NCBI GenBank assembly: GCA_017540085.1
Contig: JAFYBQ010000033.1
Span: 5,835 to 69,834 of the forward strand
Source of the DNA: Synergistaceae bacterium
GTDB taxonomy: Bacteria; Synergistota; Synergistia; Synergistales; Aminobacteriaceae
Direction: 5' to 3'
Length of the DNA stretch: 64,000 nucleotides
The notes beneath the pieces are model-generated. The model was given only the letters and a program-made list of their open reading frames with translations. It was not told where the DNA came from and ran no database searches. Positions 10,009 through 19,406 of the stretch are shown piece after piece. A program made the translations under genes and the position numbers. The first letter of the stretch is position 1. Every line of letters starts with the position of its first letter.

Positions 10009-10213
10009 CCCCTCTTCCGCTGTCGCTCCCTCCCCCCTTGGCAGGATTACCCCCCTGTATCCCCCCTTGACAGGGGGGACAAGACTCGCCCGTGTTCTTG
10101 CCTCCCCTGCGTAAGGGGAGGTGTCAGCTTGCTGACGGAGGGGTCGGAGGGGTCGACAACCCTGCGTAAAGGGAGATGGCCGAAGGCCGGAGGGGTCGTA
10201 GGGTGGTGGGGGG
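10009..10213. repeat. cluster of G/C-tract palindromes and short direct repeats (REP-like) in a convergent intergenic region
   Basis: Hairpins: CCCCCCTGT..ACAGGGGGG (10050-10078), CCTCCCCT-gcgta-AGGGGAGG (10101-10121), GTCAGC-tt-GCTGAC (10123-10136), GGCC-gaa-GGCC. GGAGGGGTCG occurs three times (10137, 10146, 10189). CCCTGCGTAA(A)GGGA occurs twice. Confidence 0.8.
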
Positions 10214-10951
10214 TCAGCCGGAATATACTTCAATCCCGCCCATGTCCCTGAACCCGTAAGCAGAATAGAACGGGACTCCCGCTGCTTCAGCCTGGAGGAC
10301 GATTCTTTTCCCGCCTGACAATCTGCGAATCTCGTCCATCATTGCCGAGGCGATTCCTTCCCGCCTCATCTCAGGGACAACCGAGAAATAGTAGACACCC
10401 GCAAATCCCGCGTCATCGTTCACCGTCAGGAACGACCCCGAATCCCAGCCATGAAGCACAGCGACATACAGCCCGAAATCCTCACAGCCCGCAAGATTCC
10501 ACGCAAACGCACAGAAATCCTCCGAGGGATTCTCACCGTCATAATCAAACCCGCGCCACGCACATTTTGCCCACCGCGCAGAGTCTTCACGGGACGTTAC
10601 AGCGGTGAAAGTTACGGAATCATTCCCGCGAATCAGGGCAGGGGAGTCAGAATCAAGAGTCATAGCCCTTATTTGTTCGGACTGAATGAGTCCTCCGTCA
10701 GAAAGAATCTCATTGCCCCCGTCAAAAACAGGCCACATGAAAGACTCGCCGCGCTCACGGAAAAATTCAGCCGCTTTCCTCACGGTCTCAACATCATTCA
10801 CAGAGCCGGGAAAACACACCCAGTTTTCAGCCTCCGTCCTTGTCGAAACACAGAAGCCCCCGGAATTTCCGAGAGTCAGAGTCTCATTTGACGGAATATC
10901 TTTCAGGCACTCCATCATGTATTTCATGTTGCGTAATGCGTCATCCATCAT
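10214..10951 (-). CDS. GNAT-family N-acetyltransferase with N-terminal extension
   Basis: C-terminal VVPEMRREGIASAMM...QAEAAGVPFYSAYGF is a GNAT acetyl-CoA (R/Q-x-x-G-x-A) region. Start refined to ATG 10951 (GGAGGA 9 nt upstream), sharing one base with the upstream stop (TGATG). The track ORF extends to 10975. Confidence 0.75.
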   Translation of the reverse strand: MMDDALRNMKYMMECLKDIPSNETLTLGNSGGFCVSTRTEAENWVCFPGSVNDVETVRKAAEFFRERGESFMWPVFDGGNEILSDGGLIQSEQIRAMTLDSDSPALIRGNDSVTFTAVTSREDSARWAKCAWRGFDYDGENPSEDFCAFAWNLAGCEDFGLYVAVLHGWDSGSFLTVNDDAGFAGVYYFSVVPEMRREGIASAMMDEIRRLSGGKRIVLQAEAAGVPFYSAYGFRDMGGIEVYSG

Positions 10952-13422
10952 CAGAAAACTTCCTCCAGTCCGCATGTCAGCATCAAATCTTTCACCGCCG
11001 GGATGATTTCGCCGTCAATTTTTTCGCGGTACGCTCCCGACTCGGAGTCACCATTCACATCTTCAGCCAGGGCGGATTTCAGGCGTTCGGCCATTTCTGC
11101 AATCTCATCATTTGTCCGGGTCATTCCGTCCGACTGCAATTCGAGAATTTTTGCGCGTGTGTTCTCCCTCTCGGCTTTGAGGTCTAAATCTTCCTGCGTA
11201 AGCTCGCGCAGTCTGTTCTGAAGGTCGCGCCGTTCGTCAGAAGTCAGACATGCCGCGGCGTAATCGTCCTCGTTCCTGAAGCCCAGCGCAAGAAGTCTCT
11301 TGTTGAAATTAATCTCGTGCCTCTGCAAATCTTCCCGGCCTTTAGCTGTCTCAGTCTCAAGCGTGTGAATTGCGGTCTGGATTCGCTCTAGTGCCTGTGA
11401 TTTTGCGTTCCTGTCCTCGCGGCGTTCATTGAGCTGTGAACGGAGCGACTCGACATCGGCATTCATGCGCGACATTTCGTCATCGGGCTTCCGTGAGGCA
11501 AACAATATTATTCTCTGCTGCTGGACTGAGTCCCGGTCGGCCTCTATAGCTTTGACTCTTCCGGCGGCTTCCTCGCGTTTTGCGCGGAGGGCCTCGCGCT
11601 CCTTCTTGAGGGCTGTCATTTTCGTGCCGGCTAATGTCATTTCGCGTTCGAGGTCATCACGTTTCTTTGAGCCTTCCTGCCAGTCATTGAGGCGTTTTTC
11701 GAGGGCTTCAACGACTTCTGCGGGGTTCTTGTCGGGGAGAGTCTTGTAGCCGTATGCTGAGACCTGCGAAATCAATTCACGTTTCAGGCTGGCTACAATT
11801 TCGGCCTGAGTCTTTGTCTCGGTGTCTAACTGCTCTTCCTCTGTGCGGGCTGTCTGAAGGGCGAATAATGCATCCTGATGGATTCGCGTAACTTCCCCGC
11901 GTGTCTCGCGAATCTTGCTGAGTTCGTCCTCGGCGGCTTTCATGTCGCGTTCGGCTGACTCTGCTGTGTCGGCGGCGTTTCGTGCTAACTGTAATGTGTC
12001 GCGTGTCCGCTGGCGTTCCCGGTCAAGCTCCTCAAACGGCGAAATTCCCGCGCTGATTTTGAGTTCCAGCAGTGAAACTGATGATGATATTTCCGCTGTA
12101 AGCTCGTTAATCCTCCGGCGTAATTCTGACTCGTCCCGGCCTACCGCTGTGCTTTCCTCGCTGAGTTTCCCGGCTCTTGTCTGCCTCGTCGTGAGAGCGT
12201 CGCGCAGTTCGGATAATGCTTTCTGTGTCTCCTGTAATTGTCTGTGCACTTCCTCCGGGTCAGGGATTGCCGCGCCTGATGTGTAGGGGTGAGTCATTGA
12301 GCCGCAAAGGGGACACGGCGCACCGTCCTGCAATAATTCCCGCACCGCGTCAAGATCTTCAATCCTACGCAATAATGCCGCACGTTTTTCGAGTCGTTCG
12401 GCCTCCATCTGTAACTCGTGAATCCTCCCGGACTGCTCTACGTCCCGAATGTTAAGAGTCCGTGTCTCCTGCTGGATTCGGAGTCTTATGTCCTGAAACT
12501 GTTTCAGCTTTTCTTCAAGACTCCTGACTTCCTGAAACTTTCGGTAAAGCTCGTCAAGGTCAGCAAGTTTCTTTATGCTCTTGTCGCAGACCTCGCGCCA
12601 TTCGGTTATGGACTTTCCTTTGAGCGTACCCTCGTAAAATGCCCGCGCCCTTGCGTAATTTTTCTCTGTTACGGCGTAACGGTGATTCACGTCTGAGAAC
12701 ATCGCGCTTCTGTCATTGAGGACGCTTTGAGCCTGCAACTTTCGCTGAATTGCTTTTGACCACGAGACTTTGAGCGAGGTATGTTTCTCTTCTGCCTGCT
12801 CATACATGGCAAAACATTTCTGTATACCTGAGAGTCCCGTCTGCAATTTCTCATCAATAGAATGCTGCTGAAGGAATTTCCGCGCCTCACGCAATGCCAC
12901 TTCTACGCGCTCTAGGGAAACTTGTTCGGACTCGGCTTTGGCGGAGCATTCGCGGTATTCTCTCTCGGAGTCTTCGTATTCTTTCCTGGCCTGAATTACT
13001 GCGTCAGACCTGTCTGTGATTTGAGCGTCAAGAGCCTTCACCCGCTGTACGAGATTGGCGAGCTTTGATTGTTCGGCGAGTTTGTCGCGGTATTCTGACT
13101 CTATGATGGTGAGTGCCTCTTCTGCGTTTTGCAGGGCTGTGCGCGACTCGGTAAGATCGTCCCTCAAAGAGTCCTGGCGGATTTTGTTTTTCCCGCGCTG
13201 TTCCCTCAAGTCCTTTATTGCTTCGTACTCCTCGCCAAGCTCAAGAGTTTTCCCGCCGCGTTCGAGTCTCTGTTTTGACGGCACAAATAACGCTGTCCGC
13301 CGTTCTAGGTCTGCCCGTTTCGCGTCAATGTCCCTCAGTTTTTCCTGCTGGTGCAATTCCTCCGCCCTGTGCTGTAATATCTTCCGTAATTCCTCGAACC
13401 CCTCAAGTAATTTTTCCGTCAA
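10951..13422 (-). CDS. 823-aa coiled-coil protein with central SbcC/Rad50-type CxxC zinc-hook motif and no ATPase head
   Basis: Highly charged E/K/R/L/Q-rich sequence throughout. QDGAPCPLCGSMTHPY at aa 366-380 (12283-12315). No GxxxxGK[ST], signature or Walker B motif seen. Starts 5 nt after the tilS stop. Confidence 0.7.
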   Translation of the reverse strand: MTEKLLEGFEELRKILQHRAEELHQQEKLRDIDAKRADLERRTALFVPSKQRLERGGKTLELGEEYEAIKDLREQRGKNKIRQDSLRDDLTESRTALQNAEEALTIIESEYRDKLAEQSKLANLVQRVKALDAQITDRSDAVIQARKEYEDSEREYRECSAKAESEQVSLERVEVALREARKFLQQHSIDEKLQTGLSGIQKCFAMYEQAEEKHTSLKVSWSKAIQRKLQAQSVLNDRSAMFSDVNHRYAVTEKNYARARAFYEGTLKGKSITEWREVCDKSIKKLADLDELYRKFQEVRSLEEKLKQFQDIRLRIQQETRTLNIRDVEQSGRIHELQMEAERLEKRAALLRRIEDLDAVRELLQDGAPCPLCGSMTHPYTSGAAIPDPEEVHRQLQETQKALSELRDALTTRQTRAGKLSEESTAVGRDESELRRRINELTAEISSSVSLLELKISAGISPFEELDRERQRTRDTLQLARNAADTAESAERDMKAAEDELSKIRETRGEVTRIHQDALFALQTARTEEEQLDTETKTQAEIVASLKRELISQVSAYGYKTLPDKNPAEVVEALEKRLNDWQEGSKKRDDLEREMTLAGTKMTALKKEREALRAKREEAAGRVKAIEADRDSVQQQRIILFASRKPDDEMSRMNADVESLRSQLNERREDRNAKSQALERIQTAIHTLETETAKGREDLQRHEINFNKRLLALGFRNEDDYAAACLTSDERRDLQNRLRELTQEDLDLKAERENTRAKILELQSDGMTRTNDEIAEMAERLKSALAEDVNGDSESGAYREKIDGEIIPAVKDLMLTCGLEEVF

Positions 13423-13427
13423 ACCTA

Positions 13428-14462
13428 TTATTCCCCCTCAAAATATATTTTCCCGTTCCTGCCTGAGACTGTCATATTCCCGCGCCACTGAAATGTGAAA
13501 TTTCCGCCCTTCAGGATTAATCCGGCAAGCTCGGCGCACCTTCTCCGGGATAAAGTCCTGAGTCCCAATTGCCTGCCCATGTCCCGAATCACAATCGATA
13601 TATCATCATGGCCGTATTCTTTGAGCCTCCTGCGGTCAAGAGTGTGCGAATCCTCCCGGCATGACGAAAGAATTTCCCGGCTCCGTTCGTCCTCATTGCC
13701 GCGTATCTTCCTCATGTCCTCGCCGAATGCCGCTAAATGTTCGACTGCTGACGAGTTTATACCGGACTCGATTTCAGGCAGTAACCGCAGGCGTATGAAG
13801 TTGCGCGTATATCTGTCATCATTGTTGGTAGAGTCCTCGCGCCACGAAAGCCCCCTAACCCGCAGAATGTCCCGGAGAAATTCCCGCCTCAGTCCCAGCA
13901 AAGGCCGATAGAACGTAACGCCCTGAGTCTGAGTCGCCTCTGTCATTCCGACAGCCCCCCGTATTCCAGTCCCCCGCAGAATGTTGAACAGCACGGTTTC
14001 TGCGAGGTCATCGCGGTTGTGTCCCAGCATTATTGATGATATTCCCATTTCCCGCGCAGTGTCGGCCAGCGCGTTAAGGCGGAGTCTTCTTGCTGACGTT
14101 TCGAGGGACTCGCCCTTCATTTTTTCTGACGGAACATCTACCCTCACCGCCCGGAAATTTGCGCCGAGTCTCTCCGCAAACATGGCCGTGAATTTTTCGT
14201 CCCCGTCCGACTCCTGTCCTCTTATGCCGTGATTGACGTGTACCGCTGTGATTTCTCCGCCGTAAAACTGTCTGAACATCCACAGGAGCGCAAGAGAGTC
14301 CCCGCCTCCCGAAACAGCAAGGGCAATATTCCTCCCGTTTTCAGGAAGCCACGACTGACGAGTCCCGGTCTCGCGGAAATATTTTCCCAGCGCGTAATCT
14401 GAAAGGTGAAAAGGAATCCCCTGCCTATTTTCCATTGCCGTAAAGCATTCTGTAGACTTCAA
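13428..14462 (-). CDS. tilS: tRNA(Ile)-lysidine synthetase
   Basis: LAVSGGGDSLALL PP-loop (SGGxDS), VNHGIRG, LGHNRDDLAETVLFN. Alternative start at 14435 (MENRQG). Confidence 0.88.
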   Translation of the reverse strand: MKSTECFTAMENRQGIPFHLSDYALGKYFRETGTRQSWLPENGRNIALAVSGGGDSLALLWMFRQFYGGEITAVHVNHGIRGQESDGDEKFTAMFAERLGANFRAVRVDVPSEKMKGESLETSARRLRLNALADTAREMGISSIMLGHNRDDLAETVLFNILRGTGIRGAVGMTEATQTQGVTFYRPLLGLRREFLRDILRVRGLSWREDSTNNDDRYTRNFIRLRLLPEIESGINSSAVEHLAAFGEDMRKIRGNEDERSREILSSCREDSHTLDRRRLKEYGHDDISIVIRDMGRQLGLRTLSRRRCAELAGLILKGGNFTFQWRGNMTVSGRNGKIYFEGE

Positions 14463-16386
14463 GATTTGCGCTTACCCTCTGAACGTAGCCGTTTGTCTCG
14501 CTGAACACAACAGCCTCAATCCATCGCGGCAAGTCAGGATTCCCGCCGGAGTTGCGGAGCCATTTCCGTGCGTTTCCTGAGCCTGCGTTGTATGCGGCCA
14601 TTGCGTATTCTTCCCGGCCTAAGTTCCGCTTCAGCCAGTTGAGGTGGGACGCTCCCAGCCGAATGCTGTCGCTTGGGTTGTAGAGGTCATAGCTTGCGAG
14701 TCCGGCCCGTTTTGCTTCCTCCCTTGCTGTGGCGGGCATGAACTGCATTAATCCTGCTGCCCCTGCCCAGCTTCTTGCGTCAGGCTTGAACGCGCTCTCC
14801 TGTCTCATTATCGCCCAGATAAAATTTGTCTCCGTGCCGTATTGTTTTGACGCTGAGTCAACGATTGCCCTGAACGGACGCGGGTATAGTGCCTCCAAAT
14901 CTTGACGGTACATTGTTGTGCTTGATGTCATGAGAGTCTCAAGCCGTCTTGCCTCGCTGTAGCTCTCCTCAAGCCCAAGCCAACGCGACAAATGCAAAGC
15001 CCGGTATAGCTCCCGCGTGCTTGCCTTTGGCCGTGAAAGTTTCAGGTATGCGTGATATATGTAGCCCCATTGCTCTAGCTCTGTCGGCTTCAGGGTCAAA
15101 TTCGGGTTCGTGCCGCTGATGATGTTGAGCTTCTGCCCCGTGATTAGCGCGTAAATCGTGAGGGGATATTTCCGCTTGAGTAGGGCTAATGTATTCGCGG
15201 CGGCCTGATTCTGTCCCGAAAGAGTCTGAGCCTGCGCGAGCCAGTAGAGAATACGCGCCCGCCTGTATTGATTCGTGTTCGGAGCGTCGCACTGTCGGAA
15301 TAATTTTGCGGCCTCAGCGTAATTCCTTGCGTCCATGTTCCGCCATGCCCTTGCCCATAATGTATTGAACGCGAATGTTGTACCCGGAAATGATTTCAGT
15401 ATTCGCGCCTCTAATGCGTCTCTTCTTGCGGTGTTCTTCCCGCTGAGATTCACGAGTGCCTGCAAAGCCCGCGCCTGAACATTTCCGCGCCTCTCGCGTG
15501 ATATTCGGTCTAAGACTTTCGCGCAGGAGTCGTGCATTCCTTTGTCTTTGGCGAGGTTAGCGATTCTTGTTACGGAGCTTGCCGCGTATGAATTTCCGCT
15601 GATGGCAAGACTGCCCCAGAGGTTTAGTGCCTCGTTGTTGTTCTTGAGGCGGGAATTTGCCCACGCACGGTAATATTGCGCCTTCCGTCCCTGTGCCCCT
15701 GTGAGAATTTCGCGGGCTGACTTGTTTTCGCCGATTGTGTGATAGTGGACTCCCAAGGCTGTCCGTATATTGTTGTTCGGTTTCGGGACTCTTGCCAGTA
15801 TTGCGGCGGCCTCTTTGTTTCCGGCCTGAAGCTCTAACAGCTGCAATGCGTGTGAATTGATGTCCCTGTTTCCCATCTGCTTGATGAGGCGCGAGAGAGT
15901 GTATATCTTCCGTTCGTCTGTCCCGGCGTGCTGAAGCATTCGTGTTAATCCCGTGAGGGCTGAACCCGGATTGCCCTGCGAGTCATTGATACGGTACTGA
16001 GCCATTGCCGCGTAATATTTCAGGTCAGAGGGTGCAGACTTGTAGAGGGAGTCGGCGAGGGCAAGAGCTTTCTGAGACTGTCCGAGATTCTCATAGCCCA
16101 GCAATAATATCATCTCCGCATACGGTCTCACGGACGCGGGAAAATTTTTTGACTGAGATTCAAGAATGCTCACGGCTTCCGGCCATCTCTCCTGGAATCT
16201 GTATGCGTTTGCCATGAGCGAATAATCGCGGGCGGATTTCTTCTTGATGGAGTTGAACTGCGATTCCATTTCCGGCCATGCCCGCTTCCAGAAGTAGTCC
16301 TCAAGTTTTGCGGCGGCGTTTGATTTCGGAGTAATCGAGAAGGTTATTATCAGTGTCAGAATTAACGCACGGAAAATTTTGCACAT
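14425..16386 (-). CDS. soluble lytic murein transglycosylase (Slt70-like: superhelical N-terminal region + SLT domain)
   Basis: Signal peptide, long helical-repeat region, then IMRQESAFKPDARSWAGAAGLMQFMPATA and AAYNAG SLT-domain motifs. Confidence 0.88.
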   Translation of the reverse strand: MCKIFRALILTLIITFSITPKSNAAAKLEDYFWKRAWPEMESQFNSIKKKSARDYSLMANAYRFQERWPEAVSILESQSKNFPASVRPYAEMILLLGYENLGQSQKALALADSLYKSAPSDLKYYAAMAQYRINDSQGNPGSALTGLTRMLQHAGTDERKIYTLSRLIKQMGNRDINSHALQLLELQAGNKEAAAILARVPKPNNNIRTALGVHYHTIGENKSAREILTGAQGRKAQYYRAWANSRLKNNNEALNLWGSLAISGNSYAASSVTRIANLAKDKGMHDSCAKVLDRISRERRGNVQARALQALVNLSGKNTARRDALEARILKSFPGTTFAFNTLWARAWRNMDARNYAEAAKLFRQCDAPNTNQYRRARILYWLAQAQTLSGQNQAAANTLALLKRKYPLTIYALITGQKLNIISGTNPNLTLKPTELEQWGYIYHAYLKLSRPKASTRELYRALHLSRWLGLEESYSEARRLETLMTSSTTMYRQDLEALYPRPFRAIVDSASKQYGTETNFIWAIMRQESAFKPDARSWAGAAGLMQFMPATAREEAKRAGLASYDLYNPSDSIRLGASHLNWLKRNLGREEYAMAAYNAGSGNARKWLRNSGGNPDLPRWIEAVVFSETNGYVQRVSANLEVYRMLYGNGK

Positions 16387-16490
16387 TATAAATATTTCCT
16401 GCTCCTTGCTGAATTATGATTGAAAATTTCTGTGTATTATATAATAACCGTTACAGACAAAGGATTTCACGCAAAGGAGACAAAATTTTT

Positions 16491-17768
16491 ATGAATGCGT
16501 TTGAGACTCTCAGGGAGCGCGGCTATTTCGAGTGGTGCACAAATGAAGAGCGGCTCTCTCAGGTCATGAATGAAGAGATGGTTACGGCCTATGTTGGCTT
16601 TGACCCGACAGCGGACAGCCTTCACGTAGGGCATTTGATTCCGTTAATGGCACTGGGATGGCTTCAGCGGGCTGGACACAGACCCATAGCACTCGCGGGA
16701 GGGGGTACGGGACTCATCGGCGACCCTTCCGGAAAAAGCAAGGAGCGCAATCTCATCACACTTGAAGCGGTCATGCATAACATTGAGGGCGTGAAAAAAC
16801 AGCTCGTGAAGTTTCTGAATTTTGACTGCGGGGAAAATTCCGCTCTCCTCCTCAACAATTACGACTGGCTCAGCAAAATTTCTTTCCTCGATGTCCTTCA
16901 CGATGTGGGAAAATATTTCTCCGTCAACAATCTTATTGCCCGCGAATATATCCGCTCACGCCTCGAAGACCCCGAAAAAGGAATCTCCTACACCGAGTTT
17001 TCTTACGTGTTACTTCAGGCGATGGACTTCAAATATCTGAATGAACACTACAATTGCCGATTACAGATGGGCGGAAACGATCAGCAGGGCAACCTTCTCG
17101 CAGGCTCTGACTACATACGCCGGACGACAGGCGCGGAAGTTTTCGGACTCACTCAGCCTTTGCTGCTCACGTCATCCGGGACAAAGTTCGGGAAAACTGA
17201 GGCCGGAGCTGTCTGGCTTGACCCGTCAAAAACTAGCCCCTACAAGTTCTATCAGTTCTGGTTCAACACGGAAGACAAAGACGCAGAAAGACTCCTCAAG
17301 CTGTACACGTTCCTTCCCATAGACGAAATCAAATCCATCATGGCCGAACACAATCAAGCCCCCGAAAAACGCACAGCCCAAAAGAGACTCGCATACGAGG
17401 TTACGCGGACAGTACACGGAGAAGATACAGCAAAAAGCGTAATCACAGCCAGCGAGATTCTATTCAACCCGAAAATTGATTTTGCTGACGTAAGCGGGGA
17501 AACATGCGAAATGCTCAAGCAGGAAATCCCCTACGCGAAACTTGAAGGCGTGAGTCTTCCTGCGGGCGTTGTGGGAATCTTGTCGGCTTCCGGGACGTGC
17601 GAGTCAAACGGCGAGGCAAAACGCGCTATCCGGCAGGGCGGAGTCTCCGTCAATGGCGTGAAGATTACGGACGAGAAAGCAGAGATTTCCCCGTCAATGC
17701 TGATTGCGGGAAAATATTTGTTCCTCAGAATAGGCCGTAAGAAATTCAGCATGGCCGAAATATCGTAA
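16491..17768 (+). CDS. tyrS: tyrosine--tRNA ligase
   Basis: Start refined to ATG 16491 (AAGGAGA 10 nt upstream). HVGH (HIGH) and KFGKT (KMSKS) motifs. C-terminal S4-like domain. Confidence 0.93.
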   Translation: MNAFETLRERGYFEWCTNEERLSQVMNEEMVTAYVGFDPTADSLHVGHLIPLMALGWLQRAGHRPIALAGGGTGLIGDPSGKSKERNLITLEAVMHNIEGVKKQLVKFLNFDCGENSALLLNNYDWLSKISFLDVLHDVGKYFSVNNLIAREYIRSRLEDPEKGISYTEFSYVLLQAMDFKYLNEHYNCRLQMGGNDQQGNLLAGSDYIRRTTGAEVFGLTQPLLLTSSGTKFGKTEAGAVWLDPSKTSPYKFYQFWFNTEDKDAERLLKLYTFLPIDEIKSIMAEHNQAPEKRTAQKRLAYEVTRTVHGEDTAKSVITASEILFNPKIDFADVSGETCEMLKQEIPYAKLEGVSLPAGVVGILSASGTCESNGEAKRAIRQGGVSVNGVKITDEKAEISPSMLIAGKYLFLRIGRKKFSMAEIS

Positions 17769-17769
17769 C

Positions 17770-18537
17770 ATGCACACATGCACATGGTATATTGCCGGGA
17801 ATGTCAGCGATGTATTGGCGCAGGTCATAAAGGACATGGCAAACGCCCTGCGGAGTCATTCGCGGAATATCGACATTGACGTTATCAGCGCGAAAGAGTC
17901 CTACAAGGCCGGATTCGAGCGTGTCAGAAACATTTTCAGGAGGCGCGAAATCTGGCACTTGTTCGGGCGCGCTCCGTTGTGGTGGAAAATTGTCCAGCTA
18001 CATTCGCGGACTGTTCACACATTGCTTGAGAGTAATTACTGGGCGGGACATCCGTCAAGATTCTTCACAGAGGGCGCGAAATCGGGCGAGGCTGTAATCT
18101 TCCCTGTGTTTGACCCTCTGAGCAGTTACACTGAGGACGGGAAGAGGGCTGTATTTGTCCGGGACGGCAGAAAAATTCCTGAAGGGGATTACGAGGTAGC
18201 CGACATCACCGAGAAGCTATTACGGCCTGAAGCGTTAAGCGGGATATACATCACCAATGACACAGGCCCCCGCGAGGCCATGAGGGCGGGAATACTCACA
18301 ATGCGGGGAGTCTGCGTAGCGTCTCAGAAATCCGGGTATCTCGACGAAATTTTAGGGCCTGACGGGTATTTTATGATTCGTGATGATGATGATATTCCCC
18401 GGATAATTCAGCAGGGACTCGGCAGCAGGGGCAGGCATACGGCCATGACAGCGCGTCATTTCCTCAATTCCCGGCGGTCTCATGAACGCTGTGCAAGCTC
18501 AATCGTAAGCCTTTACAGGAAAATAATATCCCAATGA
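17770..18537 (+). CDS. hypothetical protein, possibly a short/degenerate GT1/GT4-like glycosyltransferase
   Basis: 255 aa. REAMRAGILTMRGVCVAS resembles the E-x-A-x-G-x-P-V-V-A-S region of GT4 enzymes. Sits between tyrS and an LPS-type acyltransferase. Weak call. Confidence 0.3.
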   Translation: MHTCTWYIAGNVSDVLAQVIKDMANALRSHSRNIDIDVISAKESYKAGFERVRNIFRRREIWHLFGRAPLWWKIVQLHSRTVHTLLESNYWAGHPSRFFTEGAKSGEAVIFPVFDPLSSYTEDGKRAVFVRDGRKIPEGDYEVADITEKLLRPEALSGIYITNDTGPREAMRAGILTMRGVCVASQKSGYLDEILGPDGYFMIRDDDDIPRIIQQGLGSRGRHTAMTARHFLNSRRSHERCASSIVSLYRKIISQ

Positions 18538-19400
18538 GCAAACTAGCAGTAAAAGCGATAAAGTTATTCACACACCTTTCTGACACGGGCATGAAGGGAA
18601 GAGTCACGCAAAAATTTCTGTCGGGCCTCCTGCGAATGATTCACCCTCGCGCAAAAGTCGTTGATGAGAATCTCAGGCTGGCTTACCCCGAAGCCCCGTC
18701 CCAGTGGCGCAATGATATTCGCTCGGCCATGTACGACAATATAGCGTGGACGATCACGGAGATATTAGCCCTTCAGCGCGACCCCTCGCAGATTTTCGGC
18801 TGGGTTAAGGCTGTCGGACATCCTGAAATCGCAGATGACCTCATGGCCTCAAAACGGGGGGCGGTGTTTCTGTCGGGGCATTTCGGAAACTGGGAGATTA
18901 TGGCGGCATGGTACGGACAGTACACAAAGAAGCGCGGACATCAGATGTACGTTGTAACACAGCCCATTCACGACAGGGACATATCAGAATACATTGACAG
19001 CGTTCGGAATCACATAGGCTTTGACGTTCTTCCGAGTGATTACTCTGTGCAGAAGTATGCGCGGCTCCTAAAGGCCGGGAATCATATCGCCCTCCTTAAT
19101 GACGTTGCCGGAACGGGGAAAATGATTGTTCCGTTTATGGGACATGACGCTACGAACATGCCCGGCCCGGCGATTATGGCGATGCTGTCCGGGGTTCCGA
19201 TAATCCCGGTGTGCATATACAGGAACGCGCCATTTCAGCATGAGGTAGAATTTTTCCCGCCGATAGAAATGCCCGATCCTGAATTGCCGCGTGAGGAAAG
19301 ACTCCGCAGGATTATTCTTGACTGTAATTTAGCGATAGAGAGATTCATACGGAAAAGGCCGGAGCTTTGGTTCTGGCTTCACAAAAGATGGAGGCCATGA
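18534..19400 (+). CDS. lysophospholipid/lipid A (LpxL/HtrB-family) acyltransferase
   Basis: 288 aa. GHFGNWE (H-x4-E/D catalytic motif), RPELWFWLHKRW C-terminus typical of the family. 4-nt overlap with the upstream gene. Confidence 0.8.
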   Translation: MSKLAVKAIKLFTHLSDTGMKGRVTQKFLSGLLRMIHPRAKVVDENLRLAYPEAPSQWRNDIRSAMYDNIAWTITEILALQRDPSQIFGWVKAVGHPEIADDLMASKRGAVFLSGHFGNWEIMAAWYGQYTKKRGHQMYVVTQPIHDRDISEYIDSVRNHIGFDVLPSDYSVQKYARLLKAGNHIALLNDVAGTGKMIVPFMGHDATNMPGPAIMAMLSGVPIIPVCIYRNAPFQHEVEFFPPIEMPDPELPREERLRRIILDCNLAIERFIRKRPELWFWLHKRWRP

Positions 19401-19406
19401 GAAAAG

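Noticed and set aside
10137-10198. The GGAGGGGTCG repeats might be a miniature CRISPR-like array.
   Set aside because: - The units are only 10 nt; two abut without a spacer and the third is 33 nt away.
- There are no cas genes.
- The pattern is consistent with REP-like sequence rather than CRISPR.
9928-10233. 101-aa minus-strand ORF rich in Pro/Gly/Arg spanning the nhaC-GNAT intergenic region.
   Set aside because: - Its composition simply mirrors the G/C-tract palindromes and direct repeats.
- It overlaps the ends of both flanking genes and has no SD.
- It is treated as a repeat region, not a gene.
11003-13498. Multiple 70-150-aa plus-strand ORFs (Ser/Arg-rich) across the coiled-coil gene.
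   Set aside because: The antisense of a GAA/GAG/AAG/CGC-rich coiled-coil gene gives long Ser/Phe/Arg-rich open frames by composition alone. These have no starts with SDs.
16387-16490. Possible T-box leader upstream of tyrS; likewise for proS.
   Set aside because: - The tyrS upstream region is only about 100 nt, shared with the divergent slt gene, and lacks the conserved T-box sequence or a terminator/antiterminator pair.
- proS has only 3 nt of intergenic space.
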